NCBI GenBank assembly: GCA_019137115.1
Contig: JAGVSV010000303.1
Location: 1 to 31,321, forward strand
Length of the DNA stretch: 31,321 bases
Source of the DNA: Bacillota bacterium
GTDB lineage: Bacteria; Bacillota; Clostridia; Christensenellales; Aristaeellaceae
Direction: 5' to 3'
Shown: piece by piece, positions 1 to 8,148 of the stretch
Numbering within the stretch: position 1 is the first letter of the stretch
Layout: every line of letters begins with the position of its first letter
The notes under the pieces: generated by a model
What the model was told of the DNA's origin: nothing
Database searches by the model: none
The model's input: the letters and a program-made list of their open reading frames with translations, nothing else
Position numbers and translations under genes: made by a program

Positions 1-1212
1 ATGATCAGATCCAGACCATAGCGACGCTTGCCGATCCCGTTGCGGCCCTCTACCATATTGCGATCACAGCTGTCCTGATAGGCCTGAGCGTCGTTTTCGT
101 CAGTTCCATCCTTCTTGGGCCGGCCAAGTTTCGGACCGGACAGGCGGATGCCGTGTTCCTTGCAGAAGGCTCTGTTTTCACGGTTGCGGTAGATTGTGTC
201 TGCCAGAATCGCTTCAGGATAGTGGCCAAATCGATCCTTATACCGTTCAGCCGATGCCTGCAGCCGAACCCCCTCGTTGTAGTTGTCATATGACTGGTCT
301 TCGATGAACGTAAACCCATTGACTACCGACAAGTGCAGCTTCTGACCGAATTCGTAGGGTCTGCCCGCTTTTCCCCGCACGACGCAGCGGATATGCGGCT
401 GGCGCAGGCTGACGATCCTGTCAGGACAGCTGCGGGTTCCCGTACCGTGCATGAAGCGCTGCTGCTCATAAACTTTTTCAATGGTTTCAAGCCGTTCTTT
501 GTCTGAGGGGCTCAGTCTTTCCTCACCAACTTCTACCTTCAGCCGGTTCAGCGTTTCGAGATTCTTTCCGACATAGTCCAGTTGTTCCCCGATAGCGCGC
601 CTGGTCGCTTTCAGTTTTGCCTTGCGCTGCTTGGCCACTTTGAGGTAGTTCCGCCGGGCTTTCCTGCGGTTGTACGCGGTCTTGTGCCCCGTCTTGCTGC
701 TGAACGCCCACAGCTTCTCAATCAGCTTCTCGGTGTTTTCACGGCAATCATTGACCAGGCCCAGATCAGTCGGATACTTGATGTCCGCCGGAGCAACCGT
801 CGCGTCCAGGATCAGGACACCTTTGTTCCATCCTTGTCGTCAGGCTTGCTTTCATCGCTCGGATGCGCCCGTTCATACATGAGCTCGTTGACGCGCTGCA
901 GCAGTTCAGGGGTAAAGCGTTTACGGAAGTGTACCATCATTGAAGCGTCAAACAGCGGTTCCTTGCGGAACGCCTTCAGACCCACCAGATATTGCGCATA
1001 AGGGTTCTCGCACAGATAGGCGACTGTCCCTTCATCCGTCAGGTTCTCTTGTTCCTTGATGAATGGATGGAAGGTCGTCCGGATTCCTCAGAGAAGTTCT
1101 TGGCGTACTCCTCCTCAATGAAGTCCCAGGGGATGATCCGGGCAATCTTCACCCAGCGATTATTCGCGTCCAAACCATCTCCAAAGGGAATGTAGTCACG
1201 TTTTCTGTACAT
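1..1212 (-). pseudogene. IS5-family transposase with two frameshifts, truncated by the window edge
   Basis: Manual translation gives three frame segments. First: MYRKRDYIPFGDGLDANNRWVKIARIIPWDFIEEEYAKNFSEESGRPSI. After a shift at about 1060: FIKEQENLTDEGTVAYLCENPYAQYLVGLKAFRKEPLFDASMMVHFRKRF. After a shift at about 827: NKGVLILDATVAPADIKYPTD...RGKAGRPYEFGQKL...ILADTIYRNREN...RNMVEGRNGIGKRRYGLDLI. The D-D-E triad is visible in LILDAT, ILADTIY and RNMVEG. Confidence 0.88.
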
Positions 1213-1256
1213 CTGACACCCCAAACGCCTTATTTTGACTGGCTTTATATGTGTTC

Positions 1257-1285
1257 AGTATACCATGAATCATGCGATTTATCCA
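1257..1285 (-). promoter_or_regulatory. Putative transposase promoter
   Basis: TGGATA (1285-1280), 17-nt spacer, TATACT (1262-1257) with an extended TG, located between the terminal repeat and the ATG at 1212. Confidence 0.5.
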
Positions 1286-1306
1286 GTGTTTTCAACGTGT
1301 TGAGGG

Positions 1307-1321
1307 TTATTCAGCAGGCCC
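1307..1321 (-). repeat. IS terminal inverted repeat (left end)
   Basis: The reverse complement GGGCCTGCTGAATAA matches GGGCCTGCTGAAAAA at 31190-31204 at 14 of 15 positions. Confidence 0.9.
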
Positions 1322-1708
1322 GAAATAGGGGTCGTATTCGTCGGCCAGTTTATTCAGCGGCAGCACCAGATCCGCCGCGATCAGGTCGGCCACCTGCGGC
1401 TCCCACCAGCCCAGGGTGATGATATCGGGCAGGTCATTGGCGGCGATCATGGTGTTCAACTTTTCCGATTCATTGCCGGCAGGCACAATCACCTGCACGT
1501 CAAAGCCGGTCTTTTCCTTCATGTAGGCGGTGGTCCAATCCTCGCCCCACACGCCGGTCACCCAGGAAAGATTCAGGTACCAGGTCAGGGTTCCTTTGTC
1601 CTGCGTGTCGCTTTTCCACGCGGGTTCGTCCGCGTTGACGGCCAGCGCTGCCGTGGGCAGCAGCAGGATCGCCATCAGCAGCGCCAGCATCCTTGCCATG
1701 CGTTTCAT
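1307..1708 (-). pseudogene. Sugar ABC solute-binding protein, 5' fragment truncated by the IS
   Basis: AAGGAGG RBS, ATG at 1708 and signal peptide MKRMARMLALLMAILLLPTAALA. N-terminal SBP motifs EKTGFDVQVIVP and KLNTMIAANDLPDII are present. The frame runs into the IS after YDPYF; the last residues GPAE and the TAA come from the terminal repeat. Only about 130 aa remain. Confidence 0.85.
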
Positions 1709-1734
1709 CCGGGAGAGCCTCCTTCTTTTATCCA

Positions 1735-1759
1735 ATGAACCGGCTTGTGCCGGGTTCAT
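1735..1759. other. Stem-loop between permease and SBP gene
   Basis: ATGAACCGGC-TTGT-GCCGGGTTCAT forms a 10-bp stem with one bulge and no U-tract. It may stabilise the downstream SBP message. Confidence 0.35.
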
Positions 1760-2637
1760 CCCTTGACCGCGCCGATCATGACGCCCTTGACGAAGTATTT
1801 TTGCAGGAAAGGGTACACCAGGATGATCGGCAGCGTTGCCACCGCCATGGTGGCAAACTTGATCGCGATGGACGAGGTCATTTTTGCGGCCACGCCAGGC
1901 ACCGCAACCGCCATTTTGCCCATGGAAGCCGAGGTGACAATGCGGTACAGCACGGTCTGAATGGGCACAAGGTCCGGGTTGTTTACAAACACCACGCCGG
2001 AAAAGTAGTCATTCCAGTGCCCCACGCCGCTGAACAGCGCGATGGTGGCAAGCACGGGTTTGGACAAGGGGATGATGATGGTCAGGAAAATGCGCCAGTC
2101 GCTGGCACCGTCAATGTTGGCGGACTCCTCCAGCGCGGCCGGGATGGTGCGGAAGAAGGACATGAAGATGATACAGTTGTAGAAGCTGAACAGCGCCGGA
2201 ATAATGTATACCCAGAACGTGTCCAGCAGCTTGAGCGATCGCAGCAGCAGGAAGTACGGGATCAGCCCGCCGCTGAAGATCATGGTGCCCGTACCGATCA
2301 GCAGGTACAGTTTGCGGCCGAACAGGTGCCTCTTTGACATGGCATAGGCAACCATCGATGTAAAGAACACGCTGCTGACCGTGCCCACCAGGGTGCGCAG
2401 CACGGTCACGCCAAAGGCTCGTATGAGGGACGCATCCCCCAGCACGCTTTGGTAGTTGCGCAAGGTAAACTCCCGCGGCCACAGGTAGATGCCGCCCCGC
2501 AGGGAATCCGCGCCGTCATTAAGCGATATGATCACCACATACCACATCAGGTACAGGATCGACAGGCAGAACAATGTGAGAAACAGCCCGTTGAGGATCG
2601 GGAAAGCCATGCCCCGGGCGCTTTTATCCCTGACCAT
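1756..2637 (-). CDS. Carbohydrate ABC transporter permease (MalG-like)
   Basis: 293 aa with multiple hydrophobic segments, EAA loop ALEESANIDGASDWRIF, C-terminal YPFLQKYFVKGVMIGAVKG and an AGGAGG RBS. Confidence 0.93.
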   Translation of the reverse strand: MVRDKSARGMAFPILNGLFLTLFCLSILYLMWYVVIISLNDGADSLRGGIYLWPREFTLRNYQSVLGDASLIRAFGVTVLRTLVGTVSSVFFTSMVAYAMSKRHLFGRKLYLLIGTGTMIFSGGLIPYFLLLRSLKLLDTFWVYIIPALFSFYNCIIFMSFFRTIPAALEESANIDGASDWRIFLTIIIPLSKPVLATIALFSGVGHWNDYFSGVVFVNNPDLVPIQTVLYRIVTSASMGKMAVAVPGVAAKMTSSIAIKFATMAVATLPIILVYPFLQKYFVKGVMIGAVKG

Positions 2638-2646
2638 CCAGCCCTC

Positions 2647-3591
2647 CTAAAACAGCGAGTCGCCGGTCAGCGCGCGGGAGCCGCGGTTGGCCAGCAGCAA
2701 AAGCACCATCGAGACAATGGACTTGAACAGGCCGGCAGCAGTCGCATACGAAAAGCGCCCGGTGCCGATGCCCATCCTGTACACATACGTGTCAAACACT
2801 TCCGAACGCAGCGCGTTAAGCGGGTTTTTCAGGATCAGGATCTGGTCAAAGTTGGCATTGAGCATGCCGCTGATCGCCAGGATCAGCATGATGACGATGG
2901 TGCCCTGGATGCTGGGGATGGTGATATGGATGATTTTGCCCCAGCGGTTGACGCCGTCCACGGTGGCAGCCTCGTACAACTCCTGGTCAATACCGGCAAT
3001 GGCGGCCAGGTAGATGATGGCCGACCAGCCCGTTTCCTTCCACATTTCGGAGAACACCGATATCCACCAGAACATGTGCGCTTCGCCCAGGAAGATCACC
3101 GGCGCCTTCAACACGCCCAGTTTGACCAGCACTTCGTTGATCAGCCCGGATTCGCCCATGAAGGAGATGAGTATGCCGCCCAGGATGGCCCAGGAAAGGA
3201 AGTGCGGCAGGTAGGATACCGTCTGCACCGCGCGCTTGAAGCGCGGGGAGCGGATCTCATTGACCAGCACGGCGAACACAATGGCCATGGGGAATGCGAT
3301 GGTCAGGTACATCACGCTCATGCCCAGGGTGTTGGTCAACAGGTTGAGGAAATCTTCGCTGCCCAGGAACTCCTGAAAATGGGTCAGCCCCACCCAGGGA
3401 GAGGCTGCGATGGTACGGGTCACCTTGAACTGCTTGAAGGCAATGATGATGCCGTACATGGGCGCGTAATTGAACAGCAGCATGAACAGCACGCCTGGAA
3501 TGGCCATCGCCTGCAGATAACGCTGGGCGTACAGCCGGGATTGCCAGGATCGTTTGCTGCCTGTGGACACCGCGGGGTTTGCCTGCACCAT
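2647..3591 (-). CDS. Carbohydrate ABC transporter permease (LplB/MalF-like)
   Basis: Start placed at ATG 3591 (MVQANPAVS, GGTGG RBS), downstream of the predicted promoter. Motifs YAPMYGIIIAFK, QTVSYLPHFLSW and EAA loop ELYEAATVDGVNRW. Confidence 0.92.
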   Translation of the reverse strand: MVQANPAVSTGSKRSWQSRLYAQRYLQAMAIPGVLFMLLFNYAPMYGIIIAFKQFKVTRTIAASPWVGLTHFQEFLGSEDFLNLLTNTLGMSVMYLTIAFPMAIVFAVLVNEIRSPRFKRAVQTVSYLPHFLSWAILGGILISFMGESGLINEVLVKLGVLKAPVIFLGEAHMFWWISVFSEMWKETGWSAIIYLAAIAGIDQELYEAATVDGVNRWGKIIHITIPSIQGTIVIMLILAISGMLNANFDQILILKNPLNALRSEVFDTYVYRMGIGTGRFSYATAAGLFKSIVSMVLLLLANRGSRALTGDSLF

Positions 3592-3640
3592 GAAACCACC
3601 TTGTACCTTCAGGTATTTGGATGCTCCCGAGAACCAGCGC

Positions 3641-3668
3641 ATTATAGCACCGCACGGGGAAAACGCAA
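3641..3668 (-). promoter_or_regulatory. Sigma-A-type promoter for the permease-permease-SBP operon
   Basis: TTGCGT (3668-3663), 16-nt spacer, TATAAT (3646-3641) with extended -10 TGcTATAAT. Confidence 0.6.
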
Positions 3669-3718
3669 GGACAATATTTGTAAGGAAAATCCCGTTGCGA
3701 CACATCGTGATCCGCAGG

Positions 3719-3746
3719 TTGACACATGCGGCCGAGCGCTTACAAT
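3719..3746 (+). promoter_or_regulatory. Sigma-A-type promoter for the DUF4091 gene
   Basis: TTGACA (3719-3724), 16-nt spacer, TACAAT (3741-3746), 35 nt upstream of the ATG at 3782. Confidence 0.6.
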
Positions 3747-3781
3747 GGCGGGGTAGCATCGGAATGCCCAAAGGAGGAACC

Positions 3782-5422
3782 ATGGAGTTTTTTGTAGTGC
3801 CCTCGCTGACGCGCGTGTTCCCGGATCAGGCACCTGCCCGCAGCGAAGCCAAGGGTACCGCGCTGCGCAATGAGGCGTTTTCCTTCCAGGTGGTGTACAA
3901 CAGCGACCAGGGCGGTGTCATGCGCGTGGCATGTTCCGGCGCGCTTGCCCCATGGGCGGACATCGCCCAGGTGGGGCTTGTGCCTTCTCAGCTGCCCTCC
4001 TACCCGGGCCCCGATGCGTATTACGAGCGCACACAGCCGGGGCTGTTCCCCGACCCCCTGCTGCCGATCCCCGCGTGGGGGCTGGGGTTGAGCCCATCGG
4101 CAGGTTGGCGCAGCATCTGGGTGACGCTGGACGGGCGGGACAACCCGCTGCCCGAGGGTGAGCATGAGGTGCAACTGTGCTTTGAGCACACCTGGTCGCA
4201 CGAGCATCTGGGGGATTGCACGTTCACATTGCGTGTCCTGCCCGCGATGCTGCCCGCGCAAACGCTGCATTATACCTGCTGGACGTACCTGGACTGTATC
4301 GCGCAGGCGCACCACGCCAGGCTGTGGAGCCAGCGTTTCTGGACCCTGACGGAAAAATATCTGGCGCTGGCCGCGCGCAGCGGCGTCAACACGATCCTGA
4401 CACCGCTGCTGACCCCGCCGCTGGAAACGGACGTGGGTTTCTACCGCCCCACGGTGCAGCTGGTGGACATCCATCTGGAAAACGGCAAGTACACCTTTGA
4501 TTTCGCGCGGCTTGAGCGTTTTGTGGCCATGGCACAGGCGCAGGGCATCAGCCACTTTGAGGTCGGCCACCTGTTCACCCAGTGGGGCGCGGAGCACGCG
4601 CCGCAGGTGGTGGTCATCGAAGGCAAGCGCCGCAGGCGGCTGTTCGGATGGGACACGGATGCCCGCGACCCTGCTTACCGCGCATTCCTGACGGCTTTGC
4701 TGACAGCATTCCGCGAGAAAGCCCGCGCGCTGGGCATTGAAAACAACTGCTATTATCATGTGTCGGACGAGCCCGGCTACGACCAGCGCGAGGCGTACGC
4801 CTACGGCCGCAACCTGTTGGCTTCTGTGCTGGGCGACGTGCCGGTGATCGACGCGTTACAGGATGTGCGCCTGTACACGGAGGGCATCGTCACCCACCCC
4901 GTGCCCACCACCGATCATATCCAGCCTTTCCTTGATGCGAATGTGAAGCCCCGCTGGGGGTATTATTGCTGTGCGCAGGGGCATTTGGTCAGCAACCGGT
5001 TTTTCTCCATGCCGCTCAGCCGCACGCGCATCCTGGGGGTGCAGCTGTACCTGCACAGGATGGACGGGTTCCTGCAGTGGGGTTTCAACCACTACAACGC
5101 GCACGCATCGCGCGCACAGATCAACCCATTCGCAACCACGGATGCCGATTTCGCCTTCCCGTCGGGCGACGCCTTCAGCGTGTACCCGGGGCAGGACGGC
5201 CCGCTGCCCAGCACGCGCCTGATGGTGTTCTATGAAGGTCTTAACGATATGCGGGCGCTGCAGATGCTCGAATCCATGACGGATCGCGCCCATGTGGAAC
5301 AGCTGGTGAAGGACTTGGCGGGCATGGACATCACCTTTACCGAGTACCCGCGCGATGCGGATTTCCTGCCGCGGCTGCGGGCCAGGGTGTATACAGAAAT
5401 CCAGGCGCTGCTGAACGCATGA
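3782..5422 (+). CDS. DUF4091-domain putative glycoside hydrolase (GH123-like), cytoplasmic
   Basis: AAGGAGG RBS and ATG 3782; 546 aa with no signal peptide. Motifs LRNEAFSFQVVY, DGKYTFDF-like segment, HVSDEP (adjacent acidic pair), YYCC, GFLQWGFN and FPSGDAFSVYPG...STRL recognised as DUF4091/GH123-like. Confidence 0.75.
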   Translation: MEFFVVPSLTRVFPDQAPARSEAKGTALRNEAFSFQVVYNSDQGGVMRVACSGALAPWADIAQVGLVPSQLPSYPGPDAYYERTQPGLFPDPLLPIPAWGLGLSPSAGWRSIWVTLDGRDNPLPEGEHEVQLCFEHTWSHEHLGDCTFTLRVLPAMLPAQTLHYTCWTYLDCIAQAHHARLWSQRFWTLTEKYLALAARSGVNTILTPLLTPPLETDVGFYRPTVQLVDIHLENGKYTFDFARLERFVAMAQAQGISHFEVGHLFTQWGAEHAPQVVVIEGKRRRRLFGWDTDARDPAYRAFLTALLTAFREKARALGIENNCYYHVSDEPGYDQREAYAYGRNLLASVLGDVPVIDALQDVRLYTEGIVTHPVPTTDHIQPFLDANVKPRWGYYCCAQGHLVSNRFFSMPLSRTRILGVQLYLHRMDGFLQWGFNHYNAHASRAQINPFATTDADFAFPSGDAFSVYPGQDGPLPSTRLMVFYEGLNDMRALQMLESMTDRAHVEQLVKDLAGMDITFTEYPRDADFLPRLRARVYTEIQALLNA

Positions 5423-5446
5423 CGCCTGGATGCTTTGGCTTTCCGC

Positions 5447-6718
5447 TTACAGGCAGTCTGCCATGCTTTGCCTGACAAGCCCGATCCACCGCCCGATGCG
5501 CTCGGGCCTGCCGCCGCAGGTGCGCAGGTCGCCCAGCACCACCTCAAAGCGCTTGCCGCGCAGGGTGCGCATGCCGCGATCAAGCAGCGCCTTCACTTCC
5601 TTCTCATCCCACGACCCCGCCAGCCAGGCGGGGTTTGGCTTCCAGGAGATGATCACATCCTGCGGCATCTGGTCGCGGTACTTTTCAAGCTCCGCCCAGG
5701 GGCTGGCCGACACTTTGACCAGGTTGGGCATCGTCAGCACATCCGCCAACTTGTCGTGCAGCGGCTCGCAGCAGCCGTATTCGGTGCGGCCAAAGCCCTT
5801 GAGCAGTTTCTGCTCCCGTGAGAACAGCCATTCCCGGTGCATCTGCGGCGACACGGGGGCCAATTCCTGCGCCTCGGCATGGCCCCAGATATCCGCGCGC
5901 GTCACGTTGCCTGCTGGCGCGGGCTTGTCCCAGTACTGAAAGCCCCCCGTGCCCTGGTAGGTGCCGTCAAAGCACACATCCAGCAGGCCCAGCGCTTCTC
6001 GCTGCGCCATCAGGTCAAGCTCGGCATCCACCAGGAAATCCAGGGTGTCTGCCAGCAACGACGGCTCATCGTAGAAATCCTCGTACATGGCCTGCAACCC
6101 GCGCCACAGGCTGTACTGCATGCATAAATGGAAGCCGACTTCGCTGGTGCCCGTTACGCGCACGGGCAGCACATCGCCCAAGATGTCCTGCCAGCCCTGG
6201 GCGCGTCTTGCCGTTTCTTCCACGTCATAGCGCAGTTGCGGAATACGCAATTTCCTGAGATCCTCATAGCCCTTGAGCACCTGCTCAAAGCCCCAGGCAT
6301 CGCCTTCGCGCGCGCCATGATGCTTGACAACCTCCAGCCCCCAGCCGGTGCTGTGCACGGCCTTGGGCACGGAGAGAAACCCCTCCAGCGGCTTGTCATC
6401 CGGGGCGTGCGCATATTGCCACAACAGCTGGCGCAGCTGGAACTCCAGCTGCTGACCGCCCTGGCTCTGGCAAGTCAGCCCAGCAATTTCAGGCATTTCC
6501 AGGAAACTCTCTGCCCATACCGCGACCAAGGGATGATCAAGCTCCCGGTTGTTGTGCCTCACCCAAAGGCGGCGCAACTGCACGTGACGGGGATCCGCAG
6601 CCGCCAGGGCAAAACGCGAGGCTAGCGTTCTTAGGATCACTCTGTCCTGTGACGGAACCTCATGAGGGTCATACCATGCCGAGGGGTATGCGTTGTATGT
6701 CAGGTGCTCAAGCGCCAC
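5447..6718 (-). CDS. Uncharacterised UROD/MtaA-CmuA-fold protein (YGCCEPLH type)
   Basis: 423 aa, GTG start 6 nt after the MttB stop. Motifs WRGLQAMYEDFYDEP, ELAPVSPQMHREW, YGCCEPLHDKL and ISWKPNP resemble the UROD/methyltransferase-2-like TIM barrel. Function is not assignable. Confidence 0.6.
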   Translation of the reverse strand: MALEHLTYNAYPSAWYDPHEVPSQDRVILRTLASRFALAAADPRHVQLRRLWVRHNNRELDHPLVAVWAESFLEMPEIAGLTCQSQGGQQLEFQLRQLLWQYAHAPDDKPLEGFLSVPKAVHSTGWGLEVVKHHGAREGDAWGFEQVLKGYEDLRKLRIPQLRYDVEETARRAQGWQDILGDVLPVRVTGTSEVGFHLCMQYSLWRGLQAMYEDFYDEPSLLADTLDFLVDAELDLMAQREALGLLDVCFDGTYQGTGGFQYWDKPAPAGNVTRADIWGHAEAQELAPVSPQMHREWLFSREQKLLKGFGRTEYGCCEPLHDKLADVLTMPNLVKVSASPWAELEKYRDQMPQDVIISWKPNPAWLAGSWDEKEVKALLDRGMRTLRGKRFEVVLGDLRTCGGRPERIGRWIGLVRQSMADCL

Positions 6719-6724
6719 GTCTTG

Positions 6725-8122
6725 TCAGCCTTTTTTCCTAAGGACCTTCAGCGTGTCCTGGTAGATCCGCTCGATCTCCTGGGCGCGCGCCGCATCGATC
6801 ACCGGATCCATCGTTTCGTAGCCTTCGGTAACGCGCTCGACGTACTCATGTGCGCGGGCGTAGAGATCGGGGGTGTTCTTTTGCCGCCAAGGCTCCCACT
6901 GGTCGCGCCACAGGGTGCGGGAAGGCGCTTCCCAGTAGTTGGTGCGCATGTTCTCAATGGTGTGTTCGCTTTGGATGTAGTTGCCGGCGATGCCGATTTC
7001 CTTGATGAGGTCAAGCGCTTCGGGGTCGTAGGAAACGCCTTTGCGCACGAAGTTGTACGCGTCCAGCCAGTCGTTGTCGATGACCAGCTGCTCCAGGCTG
7101 ATGCCCTGGTCTGCGCCCACGATGCCCTGGCAGCCGATGCCATTGGTGCCGCCCAGGATGGCGAACAGGCCGTTGAAAGCCTTCTCAAAGCCGCACTGGT
7201 AATCCGGCAGGCAGGCATCGGTCAGCGCCGAGTTGGAGCCGCCGCCCCAGCCGTAGAACCGTCCCATCTGCCCGGAGACCATGCCAAACAGCGCCTGCGT
7301 GGGCGAGCCGAAGGAGCACAGCGTGGTGCGCAGGTCCATGGTGTGGCTGGAGAAGCTCATGTAGTTGTTAAACTCACCAGTCATCGCGTAGATGACCATG
7401 TTGGTGCCGGTGATTTCGGCCACTTCCAGCACGCTGGCGCCCCACAGGCTCATGGGGCCGGTGGCGCCGGACACCACCATGGGCGCGGTGCCGATGGGCA
7501 TGCCCTGCTTGGCAAACACCAGCGCCATGGACAGCGAGGAATGCATGAAGCCCAACGGGCTCACCGTCTCCAGCAGATAGCCGGGCTTTTCCCCCATCAG
7601 CTTGCCCATTTCGATGATGCCCCTACCGCTTTCCGGCGAAAGAATGTAGGTGCCGCCGGGGTTTTTGGAGTACAGGTACAGCTCGCGGTAGGAGGCGATG
7701 TCGGTTTCGTTGCTGGGACGATCCTTGGGGATGACCACGGCCGAGGAACGCCAGTAGTTTTTGAGCGTATCGGTCACGCGCACGCCTTTGCGCACGTCCA
7801 TCATGGTGCCCTGCCGGCGCACATTGCCCGGGTAATCCACGATGAACACCTGGGTGGAAACGCCGCCCATGATGGAGGGCGCGGCGTCATCAAGGAGTTC
7901 TTTGGGCTTGTAGGTATCCAGCAGTTCCTGCACCAGCGTTTTCGGGAACCGCACGCGCTGTGCGGCATCATCCACATAACAGCCGATCTTGCGACAGGCG
8001 TCCAGCACTTCCTGGTGCGGCACGCTCATGCCCACGCTTTCCAGCACTTCCAGGGATTCGGCGTGCAGTTTCTTTACTTCATCCGGCGTCAGAACATCGA
8101 CATAATTTCGTACGTGGGCCAC
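6725..8122 (-). CDS. Trimethylamine methyltransferase (MttB) family protein, non-pyrrolysine
   Basis: GGAGG RBS and GTG 8122; 465 aa. Motifs LTPDEVKKLHAESLEVLESVG, RVRFP, SPL, SGATGPMSLWG, MDLRT...FGSP, TDACLPDYQCGFEKA and SLEQLVIDND. No in-frame TAG. Confidence 0.88.
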   Translation of the reverse strand: MAHVRNYVDVLTPDEVKKLHAESLEVLESVGMSVPHQEVLDACRKIGCYVDDAAQRVRFPKTLVQELLDTYKPKELLDDAAPSIMGGVSTQVFIVDYPGNVRRQGTMMDVRKGVRVTDTLKNYWRSSAVVIPKDRPSNETDIASYRELYLYSKNPGGTYILSPESGRGIIEMGKLMGEKPGYLLETVSPLGFMHSSLSMALVFAKQGMPIGTAPMVVSGATGPMSLWGASVLEVAEITGTNMVIYAMTGEFNNYMSFSSHTMDLRTTLCSFGSPTQALFGMVSGQMGRFYGWGGGSNSALTDACLPDYQCGFEKAFNGLFAILGGTNGIGCQGIVGADQGISLEQLVIDNDWLDAYNFVRKGVSYDPEALDLIKEIGIAGNYIQSEHTIENMRTNYWEAPSRTLWRDQWEPWRQKNTPDLYARAHEYVERVTEGYETMDPVIDAARAQEIERIYQDTLKVLRKKG

Positions 8123-8148
8123 AGGCGCCTCCTATATATGTGTTGGGT

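Larger units (their letters stand above)
1..1321 (-). mobile_element. IS5-family insertion sequence, left (5') end and most of the body; runs off the window start
   Basis: Terminal repeat GGGCCTGCTGAATAA (minus strand, 1321-1307), internal promoter, and a minus-strand DDE transposase reading frame. The matching terminal repeat is at 31190-31204. The region looks less GC-rich than the cargo. Confidence 0.9.

Noticed and set aside
3554-3783. Overlapping N-terminal extensions of the 2647-3783 and 3554-5422 ORFs
   Set aside because: RBS-supported starts at 3591 and 3782 and two promoters between them show this stretch is intergenic. The same reasoning trims ORF starts at 11060, 13776, 23553, 28264, 30797 and 30633.
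6725-8122. Possible pyrrolysine recoding in the MttB-family gene
   Set aside because: There is no in-frame TAG, the frame is full length and ends in TGA, and no pyl genes are visible.
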